A DNA stretch of 64,000 bases from a virus. Position 1 is the first letter of the stretch, and each line of letters begins with the position of its first letter. Below are positions 29,166-38,371 of the stretch, piece after piece. The notes beneath the pieces were generated by a model. The model made no database searches and had not been told where the DNA came from. It saw nothing but the letters and a program-made list of their open reading frames with translations. The stretch spans positions 9,034 to 73,033 of IMG/VR virus record IMGVR_UViG_3300035034_001213; one strand, 5' to 3'. The position numbers were made by a program, and so were the translations under genes.

Positions 29166-30260
29166 ATGCCTTCGACATGGCGACTTCAAGTCATTAAAGA
29201 CAACCTGTTATTACAACTGATCAACTACCATCATCTAACGATTGATGACTTGGTGGAACGTCATCTGGTATCTAAGACTCGGCTGTACGAGCACTTTCGA
29301 GACGTCTTTCGTACAACCCCCGGTGCTTGGCGTAAACGGTATTGGCGTGGGTGTCATTGGGCAGCTCGCTTCTACTACAACGCCTTTGAGTTGACGGTGT
29401 GTCACGAGTTCCAAGATCAACGCATCGACGATACGTGTTACATAGACCCGATACTGGACGACGAAGACACGCCCATGACGTGGGACGTCATCCGAGTAAA
29501 AGCAACGATCGAGGGGCGCGTTCACGATTTTCGAACCAACCGTCCGATCTACGTGGGGCAATGGGAGGACATCCATTCTTCGGACAACAAGTTCACGCTG
29601 TCTATCCGTCTCTCTCGGGGGGGACGACACCCAGTGGTTACGGCGTACCTGAGTTTGGGCGGTCATCTTAGCGGTCAGATCTCTAAGTCGTACGACCTGG
29701 ATGTGACGGTGCGTACCCACATGGTTGGGTATGACGTGAATCAGTTAAAGCCTGCTCCTGTGGAACTGGCTCTACCCAAACCTATCTACATGAAGTTGGT
29801 GGATACCGGAGCTGAGTTTGACTTGAACCTAAGATCGGTCTACCTGTTGAAACTGGGCCCACAGACTTTGATCTTAGGGCTCTATGAAGGGTTAGATGAA
29901 ACCGACGTGAATCGTCTTCACCCTCAATGGACAATGACGCCGTTAAACAACGCTCTGAGACGAAAGTTGAGGACGGCGTTCCACACGAGCGAGTACGTGG
30001 AGGTCACGATGAGAACCGCTATCGAGATGCAAAAGCGGGTCGGTGCAGTAATGGATCAGATGGTAGGGGTGCCGGTGTGCTTCTTTAAGAAGAACGATCG
30101 GAATTACCTAGTTAAGTTCGACGGAGACTCGGACCTAACCTTGTTGACGAAACTGTATCCTTACATGGAGTCTTCCCCCACCCGGATTGCTGAGTCGGCC
30201 ATACCGACCCTAGCCAATCGGTACCAGGCTAAGGTGATTCACTTAAACGACTTATCCTGA
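29166..30260 (+). CDS. Hypothetical protein with an N-terminal AraC-like HTH
   Basis: LTIDDLVERHLVSKTRLYEHFRDVFRTTPGAWRK; AGGAG RBS. Confidence 0.65.
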   Translation: MPSTWRLQVIKDNLLLQLINYHHLTIDDLVERHLVSKTRLYEHFRDVFRTTPGAWRKRYWRGCHWAARFYYNAFELTVCHEFQDQRIDDTCYIDPILDDEDTPMTWDVIRVKATIEGRVHDFRTNRPIYVGQWEDIHSSDNKFTLSIRLSRGGRHPVVTAYLSLGGHLSGQISKSYDLDVTVRTHMVGYDVNQLKPAPVELALPKPIYMKLVDTGAEFDLNLRSVYLLKLGPQTLILGLYEGLDETDVNRLHPQWTMTPLNNALRRKLRTAFHTSEYVEVTMRTAIEMQKRVGAVMDQMVGVPVCFFKKNDRNYLVKFDGDSDLTLLTKLYPYMESSPTRIAESAIPTLANRYQAKVIHLNDLS

Positions 30261-30279
30261 AAAGCAGTTAAAACGACAT

Positions 30280-30314
30280 AAGAGGAGGTCCGAAGGCCTC
30301 CTCTATTTTTTTTG
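30280..30314. terminator. Bidirectional terminator at the strand switch
   Basis: AGAGGAGGTC-CGAA-GGCCTCCTCT plus a T tract, between the plus-strand and minus-strand blocks. Confidence 0.85.
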
Positions 30315-30349
30315 TCTTATCGTTTTAAATCACGATACCTATCTACTCA

Positions 30350-30604
30350 TCACTTGCCCATGATCTCGTCGTATCGGTTATTCGATTGAACGATGTAAGC
30401 CGCTCCGTATTTCAGAGGCGCGTGTTCTCCTGGGTGGACGATGCCTGCCAGTAGAGGCCCTGCCGAATACAGGATTACCGGCAAGTCTTCGATCTCTCGA
30501 CCGGCCAGCCGACACAAGGTCCCATAACTCACGGTTCGGTCGTATTTTACTTTACAATCCACCCCGTTAATGCTGATGGTCATCTTTACCGTGGGTTCTG
30601 ACAC
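30350..30604 (-). CDS. Small beta-grasp (multi-ubiquitin-domain-like) protein
   Basis: ISINGVDCKV..VSYGTLCRLAG..ILYSAG..GIVHPGEHAPLKYGAAYIV matches the recalled PF14452 Multi_ubiq pattern; GGAGG RBS. Confidence 0.55.
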   Translation of the reverse strand: MSEPTVKMTISINGVDCKVKYDRTVSYGTLCRLAGREIEDLPVILYSAGPLLAGIVHPGEHAPLKYGAAYIVQSNNRYDEIMGK

Positions 30605-30660
30605 AACTTACCTCCACGTTGGTTGATCGTACAAACAAGATATCTTTACGGGCTTTAGAG

Positions 30661-30894
30661 TTAGTCTCGCCCGGTCAACATGACCGTGTAAGACGCACCT
30701 TCCACCAACGGTACATCGTCGCCGCATTTGATGGTTTTTAATTTATCACCCGGATAGAGCGTGCATGTAACCTTGGGTCGGTATTCTACTGGCTGTACAG
30801 CCAGGGTACACAGTTTAGCGTAGTTGATGCTTTCAGCGGATATAATGTCGTGTTTTAGACCATTAACGGTAATACCAATGGTTTTCTGTGTCAC
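30661..30894 (-). CDS. Small beta-grasp (multi-ubiquitin-domain-like) protein, paralog of the neighbouring gene
   Basis: ITVNGLKHDI..INYAKLCTLA..IKCGDDVPLVEGASYTVMLTG; AAGGA RBS. Confidence 0.6.
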   Translation of the reverse strand: MTQKTIGITVNGLKHDIISAESINYAKLCTLAVQPVEYRPKVTCTLYPGDKLKTIKCGDDVPLVEGASYTVMLTGRD

Positions 30895-30910
30895 AGAGTG
30901 ATTTTTCCTT

Positions 30911-31714
30911 CTAGTTGAGTGTGTGTCTTTCGTAGGCCGCGGCCATTTTTTGGTCGTACTTATTTTTTGCGTAAGCAGGACCGTTGTACACCCTTGCGAA
31001 CGTTGGCCAGTCTTTCGACTTCAAGGCCTTCAGTAATCTGGCGTCGGCCAAGATAAACTTAACAAACCCATCCAACTGATGGCCTTCATTTGTGGAGTGC
31101 TTCTCCACGAAGTCTTGTATTGATGGGTAACCCAAGTTGTCCCAATGGAATCCCATTAACTGATATCGCCCGTAGGATGCGCTTTCTAAAGCAGCCTCGT
31201 CAGACAGCTTTCTAGCTGTCTGTAAGCGCGTCCATTCGTGAGAGCCACCACGGTAGCCCCCAGTGCTCGTATTGACGATGTCTGGTCTCTCAGAGCGTCC
31301 TAGATCCGCTGCCAGAGTCAGTCCCCGACTATTGAGTCGACGATTCATCCAGTGGCGCTCAAACAGCACTTTGGGTTGGCCTTCTTTGACAAACCCCCCA
31401 CCAGAGGACTCCACTTCAGAGACGGCTTTGATGGCTGCGATCTCCACGCCTAACGTGTCGGCTGCGCGGGCGATGTCCTGTGCGGTTAACTGCCAGGGGT
31501 CAACGTGATTTCCTCTGAGTTGTTCCCAGGTCCGTTTACCTGCGATACCATCGTCCAATAGGTTGTTCGCCTTTTGAAAGCTTACTAACGCTGCGTGGGT
31601 ACCGGGACCGAAGGCGCCGTCGGCCATTCCAGTAAGAAACCCTTTGTCTCTGAGGAGACGCTGAAGCTTCATAACGACTTTACCACTAGAACCTATCTTA
31701 ATCATCCGGGACAT
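30911..31714 (-). CDS. Modular endolysin: PG-binding domain plus DUF3380 N-acetylmuramidase
   Basis: DGAFGPGT..FQKANNLLDDGIAGKRTW (PG_binding_1); AVSEVES, LFERH, SASYGRYQLMGFH and YNGPAY (DUF3380). Confidence 0.92.
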   Translation of the reverse strand: MSRMIKIGSSGKVVMKLQRLLRDKGFLTGMADGAFGPGTHAALVSFQKANNLLDDGIAGKRTWEQLRGNHVDPWQLTAQDIARAADTLGVEIAAIKAVSEVESSGGGFVKEGQPKVLFERHWMNRRLNSRGLTLAADLGRSERPDIVNTSTGGYRGGSHEWTRLQTARKLSDEAALESASYGRYQLMGFHWDNLGYPSIQDFVEKHSTNEGHQLDGFVKFILADARLLKALKSKDWPTFARVYNGPAYAKNKYDQKMAAAYERHTLN

Positions 31715-32056
31715 ACATAACACCTACTTAGAACGGATTGTTTAGAAATTTCGTAAGAGGAGGGCATTTAACCCTCCTCTATATTCGGTTTTTAGAATGG
31801 ACTGTTAGCTGGTGTTAACGCGCTGCCTGATGAGAAGCCTGAGCTACTGGTGACAGCCGAGACGTTCCATCCAGTGCCGTTTGATCGATAGTCGATGACT
31901 GGAAGTCTAGGATGGCTTGTTTGTACGCATCGATCGCGGTATTCAGCTCTGTACGCTTGGTATTTAAGTCTGCAATGGTGCTCGTGCGTTTCCCCAGTCT
32001 TTTTAAACGATGTCATAAGATAAAGCCGAAATACAGGAGAGCCTAAGCCCTCCTTT

Positions 32057-32821
32057 TTATTTCGTTGATTTAAAGAACGTCTCACCCATCCAACCGATAG
32101 GATCGTACTTGTGAAAACGCACGGCCCCAGGTTTCTCATGATGATTGGCGTGCCAACAGTCTCCTAGAACAAAAGGAAACATCAACACGCTGTTGTGCGG
32201 TTCGTCGATGTGGTCTCTACCCCAATTGTGACCCCAAGTATTGGCGAGTGATTGGAGCTGCCAAGTTAAGGCCACGGGCGCCCAAACTAATGCAAGGGCC
32301 CAGACCGGCGGCAATAGAAACAACGCCCCAAAGAAGATAGGGCCGTAGATGTGCCAGTAGTGATTGTGGAACCACACGTGCCACTTCGATCGAAGAAGTC
32401 GTCCTGCGTGTCGGCCGCTGACCTTACGAAACGTGTACCCCAACAACTGAACCGACAACCAATGACTCCTCGCTGGGCTGTGAGGGTCACCAGAGAGCCC
32501 CTGATGCTTGTGGTGAGCATTATGAGTCGCTACCCATCCGAGTGTACTCCCCTGAAGAGACAGGCCGCCTATGAAGGTCAAGAGCGCTTCTATTGGCCAT
32601 GGGACGTTGACTGCGTTGTGAGTCAACACCCGATGGTACATGAAACTGATGCCCAACTGACTGATCACGTACCCCAACAACAACGACACACCCAACGGGC
32701 CCCAGGCACCTTGGATCATCAGTGCCAGAATCGATAGGTGACACAGAACGATCATAGCGTAGTGCATCACTCGGTTCATTGGCAGCGTTTCAATGTTCAG
32801 CGTTTGTAATAAGGTACTCAT
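32057..32821 (-). CDS. Membrane fatty-acid desaturase (delta-9/DesC-like), copy 6
   Basis: His boxes HRVLTH, HNAHH and HANHH; DPHSP motif; transmembrane segments. Confidence 0.9.
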   Translation of the reverse strand: MSTLLQTLNIETLPMNRVMHYAMIVLCHLSILALMIQGAWGPLGVSLLLGYVISQLGISFMYHRVLTHNAVNVPWPIEALLTFIGGLSLQGSTLGWVATHNAHHKHQGLSGDPHSPARSHWLSVQLLGYTFRKVSGRHAGRLLRSKWHVWFHNHYWHIYGPIFFGALFLLPPVWALALVWAPVALTWQLQSLANTWGHNWGRDHIDEPHNSVLMFPFVLGDCWHANHHEKPGAVRFHKYDPIGWMGETFFKSTK

Positions 32822-32848
32822 ACTGCTTCCTCGTTTATAGAGTCGGCC

Positions 32849-33772
32849 TTACAACACCGCAACGTTGTAGGCTTTCTCAAAGATCTTATCTAGATCGCCG
32901 TACCGATCCAGCTGTCGTTTTACGTTCGCCCGGATCTGAGTCACAAAGGCATCGTCCAGATGTTCAGAAACCATCATCGCTCGATTGTAATACATCCGGT
33001 AAGGTATCTGAATGAACAGTCGGTCGATTTTATCAATAGGTAACCATGGGGCTTTCTTACTTGAGAAATCCGTGATGGTAGCGTGTAACATACGAACTTG
33101 ATGTCGCATGCATTGCGACGACGAAAAGATTTCGCACATCACCTCTTCAGGCTTTACCAACATTCGACCAAGCAACAGACCCTTCTTCAGATCGCCCATC
33201 ACCCGATTGAGGTAATGTTTCGGCATACCGCGATCCAAACAGTCACCGCTCATGTAGTGACTCAGAAGCGTTTCACAGTTCAGGACGTCTCTTAAGACCG
33301 TCAGATTGAACACCACGGTACCCATAGAGAAATAGCTACGCGACCGCATGTAACGATCCAAGTACCTCGGGTCGTATTTAGGGTATGCCTTTCCCCAAGT
33401 TGTCAATTCAAACGGGCGATCTGGACGCATAACAACGGCCTGATCTTTAAGGTCCACGTTCGCAATGTCAAGAAGCGGTCTGTTACACAGAGTCGTCACA
33501 TTAAACAAAACCATCACCGACTGATCGGTCTGGTTTAAAGCGTGGTCCAACGCCGATACTGAGTTAGCGTCATTTAACTGAATGTACTCCAGATCGGTGA
33601 ACGCATTTTCGAGACGCTGACGAGTCAAGACGTCGTCGTAGAAAACCGTGAGAGTCCAACTCGGATTTTTTCGACGGTAGGTACTGATCGAAACAATCGC
33701 TTGATTGATACTTTCCCACGGAACCACAAATCCAGAGATGACCATAGTTCCTCCGTTAGAACGTTCGTTCAC
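32849..33772 (-). CDS. Glycosyltransferase family 8-like protein (degenerate DxD)
   Basis: GT8-like layout: VSISTY..N, YFSMGTVVFNL (like YFNSGV), LNRVM and DFSSKKAPW (like HF.G..KPW). The DxD position reads NVT. Confidence 0.6.
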   Translation of the reverse strand: MNERSNGGTMVISGFVVPWESINQAIVSISTYRRKNPSWTLTVFYDDVLTRQRLENAFTDLEYIQLNDANSVSALDHALNQTDQSVMVLFNVTTLCNRPLLDIANVDLKDQAVVMRPDRPFELTTWGKAYPKYDPRYLDRYMRSRSYFSMGTVVFNLTVLRDVLNCETLLSHYMSGDCLDRGMPKHYLNRVMGDLKKGLLLGRMLVKPEEVMCEIFSSSQCMRHQVRMLHATITDFSSKKAPWLPIDKIDRLFIQIPYRMYYNRAMMVSEHLDDAFVTQIRANVKRQLDRYGDLDKIFEKAYNVAVL

Positions 33773-34049
33773 GTAGCTGAATTTTGAGATCAGTCGTGAA
33801 ATCGGGTAATTCCGTTATACTCGGTCCCATGTCAAGACCTTTTTCAACCAACGACCTTAACTGCGGTGTCAGCAGGTTCACGTTAGGAGGCGTCGGCTCA
33901 AGCTTTGCAATTTCTGCACGCATTTGATCTACGGGCATTTCTGGATTATCAACGATCGTCTGAGGCAAAGGATGACTCGATTGCATCCACCCCCAATCCA
34001 CCAAAACCGTCTGACTTGCCAGATCCAGATCTTTCACTTTGAATTTCAT
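33756..34049 (-). CDS. Hypothetical protein
   Basis: GGAG RBS before ATG 34049; overlaps both neighbours. Confidence 0.55.
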   Translation of the reverse strand: MKFKVKDLDLASQTVLVDWGWMQSSHPLPQTIVDNPEMPVDQMRAEIAKLEPTPPNVNLLTPQLRSLVEKGLDMGPSITELPDFTTDLKIQLRERTF

Positions 34050-34923
34050 AAGGCGCTCCAAGTCCTGACTTACTTTCGTTAGAATACCGTTGTCGGTGCA
34101 GCGTGTCCATCACCTCTAAAACTTGATCCAGTTTGCTAGAGGGGTCGTTAACCCAAACGACCCCACTGTACGGACTGGCCAACAGACGACAGAGTGCTTC
34201 GTAAGGATCGGATTGAATTTTGATGACTTCGTACAACTGCCTATAGATGTTTCTGTTCACGCATTCGTGTTGGACGTCGATCAACCCTACTGGTTTTTTC
34301 ATCAACTTACCAAGCAAACCTAGTTCGCTGGCGGACGTACAGTAAACGACCTCAGATCGCCTAAGCAGATCGTGGCCGCTGACATGATTCCCGTAGACCG
34401 CCTCTGGAAAACTCTGTTCGATGCGAATCAACCAATCGTCCAGAGTAATGGGGTGCGGTTTGATCTTAGCGCCTTTCTTATATAGTTCATACACAAAGTG
34501 CCAATCGACCGCATGTTCCAATAGATTAGACCCAGGGAGAAAAATGACCGCTGGGATAGACTCGGTATCAAACTGAGGGATCAGTCGATACTTGTCCAAA
34601 CGCTTGGATAACAGTTCGGTAGGATCGATTGGCGTTACGGTTTGATCGTTGACTCCGTTAATAACGGACTCGTACCGCAACGCGTCGTCGCAGTGTGTGA
34701 TCAACAACGCGTGAGAAAAAAGTTCGGTGTAATGAATGCTCTTGAACTTGGGGTCGTGACTGTAGTAAACGTCGTAGAGAACTTCCTTATCCGTTTTACG
34801 TTCTAACGCCGTTGATAGGTCCACTAAATCGTTCAACTGGTCCGATCGTCCCACCGTACCTGTTTTTTGAATCTTCGTATACCCATCCCCTAACCGATCG
34901 TCAGCAAAGTTAGGTCGTGTCAT
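33949..34923 (-). CDS. GT-B fold glycosyltransferase-like protein (KpsS/capsule-biosynthesis-like)
   Basis: VIFLPGSN, KIKPHP and LLRRSEVVYCTSASELGLLGKLMKKPV resemble the KxHP and S(T)xGxEAxxxGKPV motifs of KpsC/KpsS-type transferases. Confidence 0.6.
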   Translation of the reverse strand: MTRPNFADDRLGDGYTKIQKTGTVGRSDQLNDLVDLSTALERKTDKEVLYDVYYSHDPKFKSIHYTELFSHALLITHCDDALRYESVINGVNDQTVTPIDPTELLSKRLDKYRLIPQFDTESIPAVIFLPGSNLLEHAVDWHFVYELYKKGAKIKPHPITLDDWLIRIEQSFPEAVYGNHVSGHDLLRRSEVVYCTSASELGLLGKLMKKPVGLIDVQHECVNRNIYRQLYEVIKIQSDPYEALCRLLASPYSGVVWVNDPSSKLDQVLEVMDTLHRQRYSNESKSGLGAPYEIQSERSGSGKSDGFGGLGVDAIESSFASDDR

Positions 34924-34925
34924 AA

Positions 34926-35174
34926 CTAGCTTCCTTCGAGTACGTTCCCCTCAGTTGGGGTAATCCCACACTTAGCCAGCTCGTCCTTAACTCTCGCTTC
35001 GATCCGAGCGTTCATGGTAGCTTCCAGCTGTTGCATGGTTTGTTCAAGTCGATTGTCGAACGTTGTCAAATGTTCAAGCAACGCGTCCGTTAAGGTCTCT
35101 GCTTTTGTAAGCGCTTGTGTCGCTCGCTCATGAACTGACTGTTCAGATTCATTCTCTATATCCGCCATGGTCAA
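34926..35174 (-). CDS. Small coiled-coil protein
   Basis: 82 aa, heptad-like; GAGGA RBS. Confidence 0.65.
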   Translation of the reverse strand: MTMADIENESEQSVHERATQALTKAETLTDALLEHLTTFDNRLEQTMQQLEATMNARIEARVKDELAKCGITPTEGNVLEGS

Positions 35175-35180
35175 TTCCTC

Positions 35181-35894
35181 TTAGTAAGTATACGTTGTAA
35201 GTCTCAAACTGGTCCGCGTCGTGTTAAACGTGGTGTTGATATTAATCGTCGTTGTTGTGTTTCTAGACATCGCAGTGTCTCTGGACGTCACTCGATCGGT
35301 TATCACTGACGTGGTAATGGTAGTACTGCGGTCAGTTGTTCTCGACGTGGGAACGCTTGTGATTCTCGACGTCGTTGCGGAGGTTGACCTTGATGTAGTT
35401 CGATTAAACCCAGCTGAAACGAGCGTACTGTAGGTCGTGGTTTCGGTGATAGTTCCGCCTTTGCTATCGGTGTAACTTGTGCTTCTACTCGTCGTTCTGT
35501 ACGTTGGGGGAACGGAGGTCGAGAACGACGTTGTGTAGGTTGTCGTAAATGCGGTTGAGTATGAGGACGTGTACGAGGTCGTAAATTGTGTGTTTACCGT
35601 TGTGTCTCTGAGGGTTGAAAACGAGGTCGTAAACGAGGTCGCTGCCACCCACTCGGTGGTTGTAGTTTCTGAAACCGACGTTGATCTTGACGTGCTCTGA
35701 ATAATCGGGACACTGGTGGTGATTGTCCTCTGATAGGTTACCCCGGCTAACATACTGAAGCTGATTGGGGCAACGCTTGGCAACGCAGGAAACCCACGCC
35801 CAAGTAAAGAGGACAATTGGTTACTACTCAGAGTCCCTTGAAACTCAGACACTACGTCGGAAAAGGTAATGGGGGGAAGTGCCGGTAGAGCCAT
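35181..35894 (-). CDS. Ser/Thr-rich (mucin-like) protein with a tail-fibre-tip-type N-terminal anchor
   Basis: N-terminus MALP..PITFSDVVSEFQG..PISFSMLAG, then about 180 aa dominated by T/S with TSRST and TTSF repeats; directly downstream of a tail fibre gene. Confidence 0.75.
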   Translation of the reverse strand: MALPALPPITFSDVVSEFQGTLSSNQLSSLLGRGFPALPSVAPISFSMLAGVTYQRTITTSVPIIQSTSRSTSVSETTTTEWVAATSFTTSFSTLRDTTVNTQFTTSYTSSYSTAFTTTYTTSFSTSVPPTYRTTSRSTSYTDSKGGTITETTTYSTLVSAGFNRTTSRSTSATTSRITSVPTSRTTDRSTTITTSVITDRVTSRDTAMSRNTTTTININTTFNTTRTSLRLTTYTY

Positions 35895-35937
35895 CGGTCT
35901 CTCCTAGGATAAGGGACGTCCGTGTCCATTGACGGCG

Positions 35938-38295
35938 CTATTGACGATTGGTTAGCAAATCAAAGAGTTGATCAATTTGATTCTGCATCCCAGCCATCTC
36001 GACTTTCATCTCATCCAGTTCAGTGGATTTCTCATTGAAACCTTGAACCAATAGAGGTATGATGTCGGTATACGCCAGTGCTTTCTTATCATCTTCACGG
36101 TAACGCAGCAGCTCTGGAAAAACCTCCGCCGCCTCATGCGCCAGGAAACCAAAGCGTACCCGCCGCTCAGGGTCATCCTTGAAGATGTATTGCTTGGCCA
36201 ACAGTCGGGTCAATTTCTCACTGACCGGACCAATCGACTCGATCGCTTCTTTTAACGACTCATCTGACGAGTAGACAAAGTCCGCTGCCGTGATGATACC
36301 GGTAACCGTACTGTCTCCAGACTTCGTCACGTATTGAGAATCGTGATCGCCGCTCGTACGGTGGTCATTCATCGCTTTGGCTTGCAAGATAGTCGTTGTC
36401 GCACTCGACGTACGTGACGCGGTGGTCGGTTGATTTACTTCAGCACCAGTCTCTATGCCGTTAAGTTTCGACTTGTCACCGATGCTTTGGAAACCAGCGT
36501 CAGTCGTACTGGCCACAGGAACCGTAGCCGCAACGCCAGTCGACGACGTTATTGTTCGGTTATTGCCTGAGCCCCCAACCGCCAGATCCGTATTCACGTT
36601 CACTTCAGCGCCAGCTTCAACGCCGTCCAACTTGGTTTTATCGGACGAAGACATCCAACCTGCCAAGGTAACCGTTGCACTACCGATGCTGGTATTGCTA
36701 CCCGTCGACGACGTGATGGTCACTGATCCGGCAGCTCGATTCACCCCCAGATCAGTGCCAACGTTCACTTGGGCACCAGCGGCGATTCCGTTAAGTTTCG
36801 ACTTGTCGCCGATACTCATAAAACCAGCGTCTGTTGTCGTAACAACCGGTACTGCAACGTTACTGCCGGTGCTGGAGGCGAGCGTTAAGCTGTCGCCGGT
36901 TCCCGTCAACGAAAGGTTTGTGTCAACGTTGGGTTGCGCACCAGACTGAACGCTGTTTAACTTGGTTTTGTCCGCCGAAGTTAAAAGTCCAGCGGCAGCG
37001 GTTGTTGCCGAAGGGAGAACAACGTTCGTACCGTTGCTGTTGGTGATTGTAATGGTGCCTGAAGAGACCGACTTGTCAAGGTTCGTTGAAACGTTGACTT
37101 GTGCTCCGACTTCAACCCCAATTAACTTATCGTAGTTAGCAATCGACATCAAACCCGCTGTGGTGCTGGACGACACAGGTAACGCGACATTCGACCCGGT
37201 GGAAGATACGATAGTCCTGGCGTTGCCACTGCCACCTAAGGACAAGTTTGTGTTGACGTTAACTTGTGCTCCGGCAGCGATGCCTGAGAGTTTGGTTTTC
37301 TCAGCCGCGGTGTAGTCCTCGCTGGACAGTCCTTTACCAGAAATCTTATCGACCTTGCCGTTCAAAGACGCGTCGAGTTGGGTCTGCGTGTAATACCGTG
37401 CGTCGTGGTCGGCACTCTGGCGGTGGTTGTTCATCCCCGCTGCTTGAAGTACCGATGTGGTACTGGTACTGGTTCGAGACGCCGTAGTGGTTGGGTTTAC
37501 CTGTGCCCCAGCGGCAATGCCCGACAACTTGGTAAATTGAGCGGGGGACATCAACCCTGCGTCGACTGCATCTGCCAAGTCTAAGACAAACCCAGTACCG
37601 TTGCTGTTGGTGATAACGTACGAGGTGGCACTGCGAGTAACCGATAGATTACTATTAATGTTGCTTTCAGCACCTGGCTGGATGCTGTTTAGCTTAGTCA
37701 ACAGGGCGTCGGTAAAGTCGTTCTCGGACAAGGCCTTGCCCGTTACCTTATCGACTTTGTCGTTCAAAGCGGTCCCCAACCCTGAGATTGAGGCGATCGA
37801 CAGATTGTCTAGGTCTGCCCGGTTGAGCTTGATGTAATCGACAATTTCTTGCAACTCATTCAGCGTTGTATCGTCACTGTTGATGAGTGCGTTGATTTGA
37901 TCGACCGCATCTTTAAGAACCTTGCCCTGGGCGGCAGACAGGGGTACGTCTGTGCTGGTGCTGGTGAGGTTGTCGACGATGGACGAAATATCGACCTTCA
38001 AAGCCAAGGCCGCGTCCGCCAGCGTCTTCGTGTAGTATCGAGCGTCGTGGTCGTCGCTGGCGACGTGATCAAAAATACCCTTAGCCGTCAACAGACTGCC
38101 TTCGCTATTGATGGTTCTCAACGAAGTAATGGCGTTTGGCAATTCACCGAGGCCTACTTGGGCCTTAGTGACAGCGTGTGGATTCGACGTATCGGCGATG
38201 TGCGTGTCTGTTGAGACGAGGAGAGTATCGAGCTTCTCCTTCAATGCAGCAAAGACGGCATCGATCGACGACTTAAGCTGAACGTTATCGGTCAT
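35938..38295 (-). CDS. Tail fibre protein with C-terminal intramolecular chaperone (peptidase S74)
   Basis: NPHAVTKAQVGLG motif, roughly 55-aa AGxMSxxDKxKLxGIxxGAxVN repeats, and the chaperone motif SSDESLKEAI..FGFLAHEAAEVFPELL..LAYTDIIPLLV. Confidence 0.9.
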   Translation of the reverse strand: MTDNVQLKSSIDAVFAALKEKLDTLLVSTDTHIADTSNPHAVTKAQVGLGELPNAITSLRTINSEGSLLTAKGIFDHVASDDHDARYYTKTLADAALALKVDISSIVDNLTSTSTDVPLSAAQGKVLKDAVDQINALINSDDTTLNELQEIVDYIKLNRADLDNLSIASISGLGTALNDKVDKVTGKALSENDFTDALLTKLNSIQPGAESNINSNLSVTRSATSYVITNSNGTGFVLDLADAVDAGLMSPAQFTKLSGIAAGAQVNPTTTASRTSTSTTSVLQAAGMNNHRQSADHDARYYTQTQLDASLNGKVDKISGKGLSSEDYTAAEKTKLSGIAAGAQVNVNTNLSLGGSGNARTIVSSTGSNVALPVSSSTTAGLMSIANYDKLIGVEVGAQVNVSTNLDKSVSSGTITITNSNGTNVVLPSATTAAAGLLTSADKTKLNSVQSGAQPNVDTNLSLTGTGDSLTLASSTGSNVAVPVVTTTDAGFMSIGDKSKLNGIAAGAQVNVGTDLGVNRAAGSVTITSSTGSNTSIGSATVTLAGWMSSSDKTKLDGVEAGAEVNVNTDLAVGGSGNNRTITSSTGVAATVPVASTTDAGFQSIGDKSKLNGIETGAEVNQPTTASRTSSATTTILQAKAMNDHRTSGDHDSQYVTKSGDSTVTGIITAADFVYSSDESLKEAIESIGPVSEKLTRLLAKQYIFKDDPERRVRFGFLAHEAAEVFPELLRYREDDKKALAYTDIIPLLVQGFNEKSTELDEMKVEMAGMQNQIDQLFDLLTNRQ

Positions 38296-38371
38296 AGCGG
38301 TAATTCCCCGTACCCAAAAATAATAAGACGAGGGCGCCCTGGTCTCAGGAGCCCTCGTTGGTGATCCAAAC

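Noticed and set aside
31792-32139. 115-aa ORF between the desaturase and the endolysin
   Set aside because: It overlaps the desaturase end and crosses a hairpin, with no convincing RBS or motif. A shorter peptide or an RNA cannot be excluded.
33756-35174. Small ORFs as the acyl carrier protein for the ketosynthase/desaturase block
   Set aside because: Neither the 82-aa nor the roughly 97-aa protein has a (D/G)xDSL phosphopantetheine motif.
35181-35750. DNA tandem repeat or diversity-generating target in the Ser/Thr-rich gene
   Set aside because: The repetition is at the amino-acid level with varied codons; no template/variable repeat pair or reverse transcriptase was seen.
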